Part shown: positions 17,178 through 28,150 of the stretch, piece by piece | How the letters are laid out: every line of letters starts with the position of its first letter | Position numbering within the stretch: the stretch's first letter is position 1 | DNA from: Thelocarpon superellum | Taxonomy: Eukaryota | Assembly (NCBI GenBank): GCA_026025795.1 | Contig: JAPEUG010000062.1 | Span: forward strand, 1-62,288 | Direction: 5' to 3' | DNA length: 62,288 bases | The notes under the pieces: generated by a model | Seen by the model: only the letters and a program-made list of their open reading frames with translations | Told to the model about the DNA's origin: nothing | Databases searched by the model: none | Made by a program: the position numbers and the translations under genes

Positions 17178-18892
17178 TCACGCCTCGTACTTGGCCTTTT
17201 TCTTCTGTTTCTTCTTTTCCTTGTTTTCCGCCTTTCCCTCCACGTCCACGTCCACGTCCATCTCACCACCTTTACGTTTCTTTTCCTTTTTCCCTTTCTT
17301 TTCCTTCTCCTTCCCGTCCTTCTTCACCTTTGTCTCTGACCTTTCCTTCTTCACTTGTTCCTGGACCGCGCGTGGTGCAACGTCTGTGATGTCTGCCATC
17401 TCGTCGTCTTCGTCGTCTTCGTCGGCTGCGCCTGCGTCGTCGATGCTCATGTCTGCTAGTACGGAATCCATGGCTGTTTTCTGCACGGAGGGACCGATAC
17501 TGAGTCAGTGTGTTGCCTCTGGTTGGGTTATGCACGTAGTGTAACATACCATCGCGTCCGCGTTCTTGGTTGGAGGTGCGCCGGTGTTGTAAAATTCCAG
17601 ACGCTCCTCGACTTGCTTCTTCAAGGCCTCGCCGAACTTCGTGTTGGGCGTGGAGGTAAAGTTGTCGATCCGCGATGCGATCGAGCATTTGTTGGCGAGG
17701 AAGCGTGAGATCCGGCCCTTGTTCTTCTGCCCGGCGCGGCCGATGAAGGACGAGTGGTAGATGAGGCCATACTTGGGCGTGTTGCCCTTGGTCTTGAGCG
17801 CCCGGAACAGGGCCTTTTCTGCCCCGAGGATCTGCACGGTCGACGCCGGATATTTTGACAAATTCGTCAAGCTGCCCGCGTGCGAGATGAGCCGTGCTCC
17901 GACCACGTCGCCGATCAGCGCGGCGAGGTTGGGCGCCACGACGCCCATCTTGGACACCAGGTAGGAATACAACGTTCGCCGATACTCGGTCAGCCCGATG
18001 ACACGCTGGGCAAAGGCCGAGATGTTCTGCATGTCGGCTTCCGAGAGGTCTTGACCCATGCTCACGCGCGAGGCGTCCAGGATGCTTTGCGCTAGGCCCA
18101 GGTCGTCGTTCAATACGGCCGCGATCTCGTTGAGATGTGCCTCGGTAAGTCGCTTCTTGTCCCCGATCAAAAGGGCCAATCGTGCATACAGGTGATTCTC
18201 CGACACGATCTTGATGAGCTCGGGAAAGTGCCATGAGTACCATTCGCGTACCCGCATGGAGAAGGTGTTGATGGCTTTGTCGAGGTGGTCGAGCGTGGCG
18301 ATGGCCTGGATGATGTGGTTGTCGTTCCGCTGCACGCTGAATTGCACCTTGCCGCGCGAGTAGGCATGTCCCAATCCGAGCTGCGCCCGTTCCACATCTC
18401 CCTCTTGCAATTGCTTGAGCAGCTTCGGTGCATGTAGCCGGATACCGCGCAGCAGATCTTGCACCACCTCGCTCGTGTCGCCCGTCTCGCACTCCACCGA
18501 CGGGAAGGCAGCCTTGATGCTGCCAGCCAAGTTGCGATCAGACACGCCCAGCACCACCTTCCGCTTCTTGCTCGCCTTGGGCAGATTGACCTCTAGAAGC
18601 GACCGGAGATATTCCGATGCCACACCCTCGGAGACTTGATTGGCGTTCTCCAATGCTTGCGCGGCGCCTCTTAGAACACATCAGCCCTCTCCACGTAGTG
18701 ATGGGGAAGGGTATGCTCATACTGAAAGGGAGCGAAGCTGACGAGCTTCACCATCTTGCCAAATTTGGCCAGGTCTTGCGCAGCATCTTGCACCTCCTTC
18801 AGTCGATTGCCCACGGTATCCGCCTGGAGCACGACTTGGAAGACGCCATAGCCCACCGAGCTCTCGTGGAGGAGATAATCGACGGCGGCCAT
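17178..18892 (-). CDS. NOP56: Box C/D snoRNP protein Nop56; 3 exons
   Basis: [71 protein letters not shown]-rich tail. Confidence 0.96.
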
Positions 18893-19297
18893 TGCTTCAC
18901 TATCCCGTGACTGTCCAGACCATCCCCCGCGTATCCAACAGGCGATATTCGTCGATTGGGGTGCCGATGGCGATGGGGCCACGGTCAGGATCGGTGTCGA
19001 CGGGTAAATTGGTATTACTCGCATTTGGCTGGCCCACCTGCTTTTCTCCAATTCTCCGGACTGGTGGGTGAAAGGTCGCTTGCGCTTGGCCCCTTATGGG
19101 TTAGCGGAGTTTCTGACATAAGGACGCGAGCTGTCTGGTCTAACTCACAGAGGCATAGACTGGTCCAATTCTTCTGTGGCGGCTTCATCGTGGTGCAACT
19201 ATTTGGATGGTCGTCGGAGCTGCACGCGAAAAGGCATCCACATCTTCAGCTCCGGACACGCCAACAGGACTCACGCTGTCCCTGCTCTTCCATTAAG

Positions 19298-21354
19298 ATG
19301 TCTGCTGCACAGCTGCTGAACCCGAAAGCCGAGTCGAGGGTGAGATCGCCACTCCAGTTCATACAAGTACCTCTCGCTAATTGGCCGACAGAGACGAGGG
19401 GAAGCACTGCGAGTGAACATCAGTGCCGGCGAAGGACTGCAGGATGTGTTAAAGTCGAACTTGGGTCCTTTGGGCACGATAAAGATGTCAGTCCGCCCGG
19501 ATCCGAATTTCTCGAAAACCGCTGACAAGGACAGGTTGGTGGACGGTGCTGGAGCGGTAAGCCGCCGTGCTTATGGGGGTCGTGCCCGGTGACCACATCT
19601 GACTCGGTTCGTCCAGATAAAACTCACCAAAGATGGAAACGTTCTGCTCCGTGAAATGGTTGGTGTTCGTGGGTTGGTTGATGACTACAAGGCTGACTCG
19701 TTCACAGCAAATCCAAAATCCCACCGCCGTAGGTGGAGCTACCGCCTGGGACATGGATGAGACTAACAAGGCTAGGTCATGATCGCGCGGGCTGCCACGG
19801 CTCAAGATGACATCACGGGAGATGGAACGACGTCGGTCGTGTTGATGGTCGGTGAGCTGTTGAAACAGGCGGATCGCTACATCTCCGAAGGTCTCCACCC
19901 GCGAGTCATCACCGACGGTTTCGAGATGGCCAAGACGGAGACGCTAAAGGTACGTGGTTTGGTGATGGTGATGGAGTCGTTCTAAAGCCCTCTCTAGTTC
20001 CTCGACACCTTCAAGCTCCAGAAAGAAGTCGATCGCGAATTGCTCCTCTCGGTTGCGCGCACGTCGCTGTCAACCAAGGTCAACGCGACGCTCGCGGAAC
20101 AACTTACGCCGTCCATCGTCGACGCGGTCCTGGCCATTTACAACCCCCCGGCCAAGCCGGATCTCCACATGATCGAGATCATGAAGATGCAGCATCGCAG
20201 TGCATCGGATACGCAGCTGATCCGGGGGCTGGCGCTGGACCACGGGGCGCGGCACCCGGACATGCCGAAGCGGGTGGAGAACGCGTTCATCTTGACGCTC
20301 AATGTCAGTCTGGAGTACGAGAAGTCGGAGATCAACTCGGGCTTCTTCTACTCTAGTGCGGATCAGCGAGAGAAACTAGTGGAGAGCGAACGGCGGTTCG
20401 TCGACGAGAAGCTGCGCAAGATCGTGGAGTTGAAGAAGCAGGTGTGCGGCAACGACAGCAAGAAGAGCTTCGTGGTGATCAACCAGAAGGGCATCGACCC
20501 CTTGAGCCTGGACGTGCTGGCCAAGAACGGGATCCTGGCGCTGCGGCGGGCCAAGCGACGGAACATGGAGCGTCTGCAGCTCATCTGCGGCGGCTCGGCG
20601 CTGAACAGCGTGGATGACATGAAGCCCGAGGATCTCGGCTGGGCGGGGCTGGTGTACGAGAGCCAGCTGGGCGAGGAGAAGTACACCTTTATCGTATGTG
20701 GTCCCTGCCGATGGCGGTGGCGGTGGCGGTGGCGGTGGTGCGGCGATGCAGGAGACTAATGATGGCGCAGGAGGAGGTCAAGGAGGCCAAGTCGGTTACG
20801 CTGCTGATCAAGGGCCCGAACGCTCATACGATCGCGCAAGTGACGGACGCGGTGCGCGACGGGCTCCGCAGCGTCTACAACATGATGGTCGACAAGAGCG
20901 TGGTGCCGGGCGCTGGGGCCTTCCAGGTGGCGTGTGCGGCGCACCTCTCGAGCGAGACCTTCCGACGAACGGTCAAGGGGAAGTCCAAGTGGGGCGTCGC
21001 CGCCTTTGCGGACGCGCTGCTCGTCATTCCCAAGACGCTGGCGGCCAACGCCGGACACGACATCCAGGACTCGCTGGCGGCATTGCAGGACGAGCAGGCC
21101 GAGGGCAACGTGGTGGGCTTGAATCTGGCGACAGGCGAGCCGATGGACCCGGTGCAAGAGGGCGTGTACGACTCTTTCCGGGTGCTGCGCAATTGCATCG
21201 CCTCCAGCACGGGCATTGCCTCGAACCTCCTCCTGTGCGATGAGCTGCTCAAGGCTCGACAAATGGTGCCGCTTCCCTCATCCCTCCGTGTGTGACTGTT
21301 GCTAACGGGGTGCAGGGATCACAACCAGCGCCGGGCGGGGGCGGTGAGGAGTAG
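19298..21354 (+). CDS. CCT6: Chaperonin CCT/TRiC subunit zeta; many short exons
   Basis: [52 protein letters not shown]; divergent from NOP56 across ~400 bp. Confidence 0.96.
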
Positions 21355-22313
21355 GTTGTTCCTTGATCCGTGTACGTGCGTGGCCGTCTATCGTGCCTCC
21401 ATGGCTCCGGATGTATCGTCCCTGTACAGTAGCGCGAGAGAGAGCATAGCCATGGAGACTGGTGGACCTGCCATGATCGAGGTTCGGATGACGGACCCGT
21501 CGGTGGGGTACGCGGTAGCACCGTGCGCGGAGCGGCAGCCGATTGACCGACATGGCTCCCACCAGATGGCTATCGTGATTCGGGCCTTTATCATGCTTCG
21601 TACATCCGAGACCCGAATAGACCAGGCCAAGGCTTGTTCCTGGGTGTCCAGATCCAACGACGGCTTGTGACTCCATCCGTATAACTATCACCCCCCCGCC
21701 AAGGCGGAGCACCGACTGCCAAACTGCCAAGGGCTGGGACACTGTCTGATCGGCGTCGGCCCAGCGTGGTGTAGGTGGCATCATAGCCCCGGGGTACGAG
21801 CAGGCAAGGGCGGCTCGGTAAGGTCTTCCATAGCGTGAGCTATGGGACAAGCATGTTACAGCACGTATCCGCAGACTCATGCCGGCCGCTGGCCAGTGTG
21901 CACTGGGCCTACCGGCCGGCTACCTCCGTCCCACGGACGAGAGCGACCCCACGCATTCACCGCGTGAAACACTCAACTCCGTCTGGTGGATCAAGACGGG
22001 GTCGAGTGTCGCTCATCAATGTCGACCCATTGTACCTGGCAACTTGCCAAGTAGACCACGGTTTCCGTGAGTCCGTTGCGCCATCGTGCCCTCGTGGCCT
22101 GGGCCTAACTTCGGGCCTCATCTCCGCCGCATCTCGTCATTGCTCGTAGGTAGATTGGTCGCGTGCTTCTACGGTCGCGATGCACTTGTAGTCGACAGCC
22201 CCTCGCATCTTCCTTTCCTTCTCTGGAACCGGCCGCGCGGTCCGGGGCGGACCAATCACACTCCCTCCGCTCCTCCAATTCCGCCTTCCTTCCCTCACGG
22301 GGGGTCCGCTTCC

Positions 22314-25127
22314 ATGAGCATCATGTTGCTCCGCGTGCGAAGATATCGCGTCTTCCTCGCCTTGGCCCTCGTCGCCGTCCTCTTCTTCTATCGTTTTGCT
22401 AACGTCCGCCCATGGCATGCCGAGTCCCCCATCGGCGTCGACAGCCTCAACGCCTTCCGCCCGAGCCCCCCACCTCCCGCCGGAGCCGCGTCGCCGGAGT
22501 CCAAGGAGGGTGCGCCCGCGGCGAGGCCCAAGGGCGACGATGTATCTCCTTCCGTCGCCGTTCCCGTCACGTCTGCCATCACCACTGCGTCCTCGACTCC
22601 GTGGGACGCTTCCGTCACCAGCACCCCCAGCACCACGGCCGTCGTCGGCGAGCCGGCCAAGTTACCACCCAAGGTCCTGCCAGAAAAGCAGATCCCGGTG
22701 ATGGACGTGGAGCAGCATGAAAACGGTCGGCTGGAACCGCCCATCATCGAGACGGCGGAGTCGTCCATCCATTGGACCAAGCTCCCCGAGCACTTCCCCC
22801 TCCACTCGACCGCCATCATCCCCTTGCCCACGGGTAAGCCCAAGAAGCTGCCTCGAATCCAGGCCAAGTTCCCGGCTGAGAGCGCCGCGGCCAAAGACGC
22901 ACGCCAGCTGAAGCAGGATGCGGTCAAGACCGAGTTCAAGCACGCGTGGGATGGCTATCGGAAATACGCATGGCTCAAAGACGAGCTGAGTCCGGTGACG
23001 GGGCGATCGAAGAATCCCTTCTGTGGCTGGGGCGCCACTCTGGTCGACGCCCTGGACACACTGTGGATCATGGGCTTCCACGACGAGTTCGAGGAGGCCG
23101 TGGCTGCGGCCAACACGACGGATTACACCACGAGCATCCGAAACGACATCCCGCTCTTCGAGACTACGATTCGCTATCTCGGCGGCCTGCTGGGAGCCTA
23201 CGATATCAGCGGGGCCAAGCACCCGTTCCTGCTCCGCAAGGCCGTGGAGCTGGCCGAGGTGCTGATGGGCGCCTTTGACACGCCGAATCGCATGCCTATG
23301 ACCTACTACCAATGGAAGCCCACCTTCTCCTCGCAACCGCATCGAGCCGCGGCGCGCGTCGTGCTCGCCGAGCTGGGCTCGCTGTCGGTCGAATTCACGC
23401 GCTTGGCCCAGCTGACGGGCGAGGACAAGTATTACGACGCCATCGCCCGCATCACCAACGCTTTCGAAGAGTGGCAGCCCAAGACGCAGATCCCGGGCCT
23501 GTGGCCGGTCGAGGTCGACGCCTCGGGCTGCCGGAAACCGCGGGTGCCTGCCCCACACCCCTACCGCCAGCCCACCGAGCCGCTGCCGCCGTTGCCCGCC
23601 GACGTCGATCTCGTGGCATCGCAGTCGGAATCCGAATCGGAAGCGGAATCGGAATCGGTCCGCGTGGGTGCGACGCACCACCATGATAAACGGCAATTGG
23701 TCGACAGCAGCCTGATGCAAGATGAGACGGCCGTACACCCCCCGGCGGACAACACCAAGCCGGCCGCAGGCGTCAAAGGAGAGAGCGACTGCGAAGAACA
23801 AGGGCTTGCGTCGCCCGCGGCGACGTACAAGGACGTCTTCTCCGTTAGCGCGCTAGCGGACTCGTGGTATGAATACCTTCCCAAGGAATTCATGTTGTTG
23901 GGTGGGCTCAACGAGCAATACTCCCAAATGTACGCAACGGCGCTGCCGCTCATGAAGGAGCATCTGTTCTACCGGCCCATGACGCCCAACGACACCAACG
24001 TCTTGTTCACCGGTAAGGTCGAGGCGTGGGAGGGGGAGAGTGGCAGGGTTACGCAACTGGTGCCACAGATGGAGCACCTGGGCTGCTACGTTGGCGGCCT
24101 ATTAGCCCTAGGTGGCAAGCTCTTTGAGCACGCCGAGGACATTGAGATTGCCACACGACTGACGAATGGATGCGTGTGGGCCTATGACGCCACCGTGACC
24201 GGTCTCATGCCCGAGGTCCTCACCGCTATCCCGTGCGCGGACGAGAAGCACTGTCCGTGGAACGAGACGCGATGGGCCGAGGTGATCGATCCCTATGCTG
24301 ACGCACGATGGAGTGCCTATCAGCGGATGAACTCAGATGATCTGTCGGCGACGGATGTGGGTTCGGAGGAAGACTGGGGCGAGGTCGAAGAGGAGGTCGA
24401 GGGCGAGGATGAGAAGACGGATGACGACGTGAAGATGACGGGTACCCAAGTCCGGCGCACCCCACCTCCTCTCCACAACCGTCCGGACGAGACGGATGAC
24501 TCGTCGACCACGCCGACGCGAGTGTCGAACGCGGACTCGGGCTCGGGCTCAGACGACACGGGCGACGACACGGGCGATGACACGGGCGATGACACGGGCG
24601 ACGACACGGGCGACGACACGGGCGACGACACGGGCGACGACAAGCCGTCGCTCTTCATCACGCACGAACAGTTCGTCAAGCAGCGAGTCGAAGAAGAGCG
24701 ACTCCCCCTCGGTTTCAGCGGCATCGGTGGACGGCACTACCTTCTGCGGCCCGAGGCGATCGAGTCGGTCTTTATCATGTATCGCGTGACGGGCGACGAA
24801 CATTGGCGCGAAAAGGGATGGAAGATGTTCCAGGCCGTGCGGGCCTACAGCCGCACCGACCTGGGCCACTCGGCGATCCACGATGTAACGACGACAGCGA
24901 CGCAGCATCGCGACGAGATGGAATCGTTTTGGCTCGCGGAGACGCTCAAGTATTACTATCTGTTGTTCAGTGACCCGTCGACCGTCAGCTTGGACGAGTA
25001 CGTTTTGTAAGTGTCCCGTCCCCATCATCTCGATGTCCACGCATTGCATTCGAGACGAAACTAACGCGAGGTTGGGCGTGATAGCAATACGGAAGCTCAT
25101 CCGATGAGACGTCCGACCGTGAAGTGA
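22314..25127 (+). CDS. Class I alpha-1,2-mannosidase (GH47), type II membrane protein with long low-complexity inserts
   Basis: N-terminal TM, HAWDGYRKYAW..DEL.P, GWGATLVDALDTL, FETTIRYLGGLL, ADSWYEYLPK, LRPEAIES, MESFWLAETLKY; terminal exon NTEAHP. Start codon inferred. Confidence 0.93.
24552..24641 (+). repeat. 12-bp tandem repeat (GAYGACACGGGC) x7.5 encoding (DDTG)n
   Basis: Directly visible and in frame within the GH47 ORF. Confidence 0.95.
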
Positions 25128-25682
25128 GGGAGGGAGGGAGTGAGGAGGAAGTCTATCTATCTGCAATCTATCGTCAACTGTGTACTGTCCATTTTACACT
25201 GTCCACGGTCTATTGTGAAGGTGTGATCTGTTTTTTGTCTGTGACATGTATCATCTTTGGTTCAAGCAGGCACGCACGCAAGAAAGCAAGCAAGCAAGCA
25301 AGCAAGCGGAGTCGTTGTCTCATCTTGTCTCATCTAATGTACAATACAGTGCAATGCAGCACACCGATGCTCTACCTCGAGGTATTCTGACATCCAGAAG
25401 TAGATGGGTCTGACCCGCCGCTTTCTGAGGCCTCGAAACCGCGGCGGGGCCACCCTGTTTTTGGTACCTTTTCTAAGAGCTCGGAAGGTCACGTGTCGGT
25501 GCCTCCGCTCGAGGCCAATCACGGTCTCGACTCGCATCTGCGGGGCTCGTCATCTCATTCAGGTAGGCAAGGCAAGGCGAACAAGCCTAGCAGCCTGAGA
25601 GCTTTCGGTTCCTCTTCTGCTCGAACGCCTGGTGCGTCGTGCGTGTCGAAAATGGATGGATACCTTGTGAGGCTGGCGAAGG

Positions 25683-26496
25683 TCACCCCAGGCCGTAGGT
25701 AATAGACCTCAGCTGTTCCAGCAGGACGGGATCACTGCGCACGAGTCGAAGGACCATGGCACTAAATTCTCGAAAGTAGCGCGGCGAGGTCAGGGCAGCT
25801 GCTTCGAATGAGGGGGGATAGCCCCTGGCGCGAGTCCGATTGATCATCCAGACACGAAAGACCCATCCAAGATCAGATTTGTCGGGGATCTTGATGCGTA
25901 AGAACAAACGATGTGACGCAGAAGCGTGGAATATACAGCGGCGCCTGACCATATCGCTGGCAAATTGCAAGCTTGCCGTTGAACCAGCTCTCCATCTCCT
26001 GCCCGCTCGCAAAGGATCCCGCGCTGGGATCAAATCATCGTCCCAGGCAAGTTCCGCCGCCTATCGGTCCTGCTTGACTCATGCGAACGGATTGCAATTG
26101 ATGGATACTCTCAGCGACTTGTTGAGCTATTGCTGAGTTCGTTTCGAGACTGAAAGATGCCCAACACTTGCCGACTGGGCTGCCGTCAATGTGATCCATC
26201 ACAATGAAGCCCTTGGTGCCAGAATACTGGGTCGAGTCTGGCACCAGGAAGAAGCGATGCACGCGAGGAAGTGCAATGTCGGTCTCGGCGGCAGCCAGTC
26301 TCATCGCCTCTACCTCGGAAGGAAACACGTCGTCACCGCCTTTCATGGCCAATTCGCGTGAAAGGCGCCCGACTTTCGTCCCTCTCATCCTGGTGAGGAC
26401 AGGAGCCGTGTCGAGCAGTGACATCAAGGATGCATCGGATACGGCTCCAAGGTCGTAGCCATCCAAGGGGAAACTAGCGTTGAGGTCTCTGCTCAT
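25683..26496 (-). pseudogene. APH/choline kinase-like phosphotransferase pseudogene
   Basis: EVEAMRL..IALPRVH, FIVMDHIDG, GPIGGG, FVLTHQD and GYPPSFE segments; premature TGA at 26035-26037, frameshift just after HQD, and the usual IDW motif reads INR. Confidence 0.8.
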
Positions 26497-26895
26497 GGGC
26501 TGTACAAGATTGGTCAGAACATGTCCGGTCGGCCAAGTTTGATTGAAAGGACTGCCGATCTCAAAGACAGGCGAGGTCATCGAGGTGAACGGGCCTTCAT
26601 CTGCAAGTGCAGGTTGGCCATCGGCAATGGAGGCCTTGGTGACACGTAATTGGCAAAGTAGGCTTGCCGGTCGGGATCGGAAAAGAGTGCAAGCCAGCAC
26701 ATGCCCGACCTGATCATCGTAGTGGTGGTGAGTGGCAGTCGGTGGTGGCCGATTACTATTGTACGCGTACGAGCGAGAGAGTCTTTCGTGGACAAGTTGA
26801 AGTCCGCGAACTTTGAATGTGGCTTAGAGGCGCCCGTCTCATCCTTACTGCTGGTGGACACGAGTCTGCGCAACCCCCACACACAGGCAAAGCTA

Positions 26896-27816
26896 ACGGG
26901 GGCTCCCCTGTTTACCGGGTGGGTAGTCTGGAGTACTCCCTGTTGTATCAGCATAGATATTCAAAGTAGTATAGGGTGCCTCCAAGGACAATATAGGTCC
27001 TATTTCACCTTATCCTCTCACGTCGCTGTTCAGTTCATCAGTCGTTGATATTGCCCATTCGCCTCATCTCGAGTCATGATTTTCCCTTCCTCTCATCTCC
27101 ACGTCATGTCAAAACTGTACCCACCTCCGGCGTTCCAACCTCTCCACTACGTCCCCGCCGCGCGCCAGGGAACAAGTGGTGACTCTCCAGGGAGGGCAAA
27201 CATTGCTGCACCGCACACGAAGACAGATCAAGGAACCTACCACTGGTGCTTCAATCTCCAGACCTCCCACAACACCTCCGTGCAAATCGATTGCCAGCCA
27301 GATTACAGTATTCCCAGCACCACTCTTCCAGGAGGCTCCAAGGCCACCATAATCGTGTCTGAGTTGCCGGACCTCATGTCTCGCGATGTTCAGGGTCATT
27401 CTACCTCGACGTCGTGGAAGGTCTGACGGTAGCAGACGTACTGAACGCCTTCTATCAACACGGGCGGCACAGATATGAGTTCACTTAAAGGAGTTGGATG
27501 CAATTTCTGGGTCACGGATCAGATTGATCTTTGGTATCAGGCCGGGTACACTTGCGACGTGCAACAGTCTGAGTCGGCAAAAGCGGCGATGCTCAAGCTG
27601 TGGCCAAAACAGACACCGTCCCCACTCGTTCAACGTGCGTACTACGATTGATAAGGCCTAACAACTCGCGGACACTGGTCTGTGCACCCCCAAATACATC
27701 ATCGAAGACTAGAACACACACTGTCCTCGTGGGCACCCTATACTACTTTGAATACCCATGCTGATGTAATAGAGAGTACTCCAGATTACCCTTTCAGCAA
27801 ACAGGGGGGAGGCCGT
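26896..27816. mobile_element. Non-autonomous TIR element (921 bp, ~107-bp inverted arms, TA-flanked) carrying a passenger gene
   Basis: 26896-27002 aligns without gaps to the reverse complement of 27710-27816; core 26921-26980 is 53/60 identical; TA at 26894-26895 and 27817-27818; no transposase ORF. Confidence 0.75.
27106..27651 (+). pseudogene. Frameshifted fungal protein gene resembling the DUF7770 family
   Basis: Reconstructed MSKLYPPPAFQPLHYVP..GTYHWCFNL..SVQIDCQP..LTVADVL..HGRHRYEF..GVGCNFWV..LWP..AYYD*; frameshifts near 27395 and 27485. Family name is from recall. Confidence 0.7.
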
Positions 27817-28150
27817 TACCGATGCTCATGAAACAGGGAGGCACCTAATAGCTGTGATCCGTGCATGGGAGAGCCCCCATGATCTGTGCTCATGTGATAG
27901 TAATGTGGTCAGTCCAGGCCCCAGAGGGTGTGGAGACCAGGGTCCACTAGTCATGAGGTTGAGGGCGCGCTTGAGATCTGTCAGAAGAGTGCTTCTGCGC
28001 GCGTTTTGCTAATCTCTATGCGGGTCTATTAGTGCAGCTAGAATCCAACGGAAGGAAGCTGCGCCCCATCATGGCCATCAGAATAGCCCCTGCAATGAAC
28101 GCAAACACAGTGATAGCCATAGACCCAAACCAGAATGATGTCGCGTCATA

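Noticed and set aside
22086..22313. Upstream extension of the GH47 ORF
   Set aside because: Begins at a non-ATG codon in C/T-rich leader-like sequence; the ATG at 22314 or 22324 directly precedes the TM anchor.
24552..24641. Tandem repeat as a possible CRISPR array
   Set aside because: 12-bp units with no spacers, inside a eukaryotic CDS.
26035..26037. Premature stop in the APH gene as an A-to-I editing or readthrough site
   Set aside because: A downstream frameshift and a damaged active-site motif indicate plain pseudogenisation; the same applies to the 41-kb gene.
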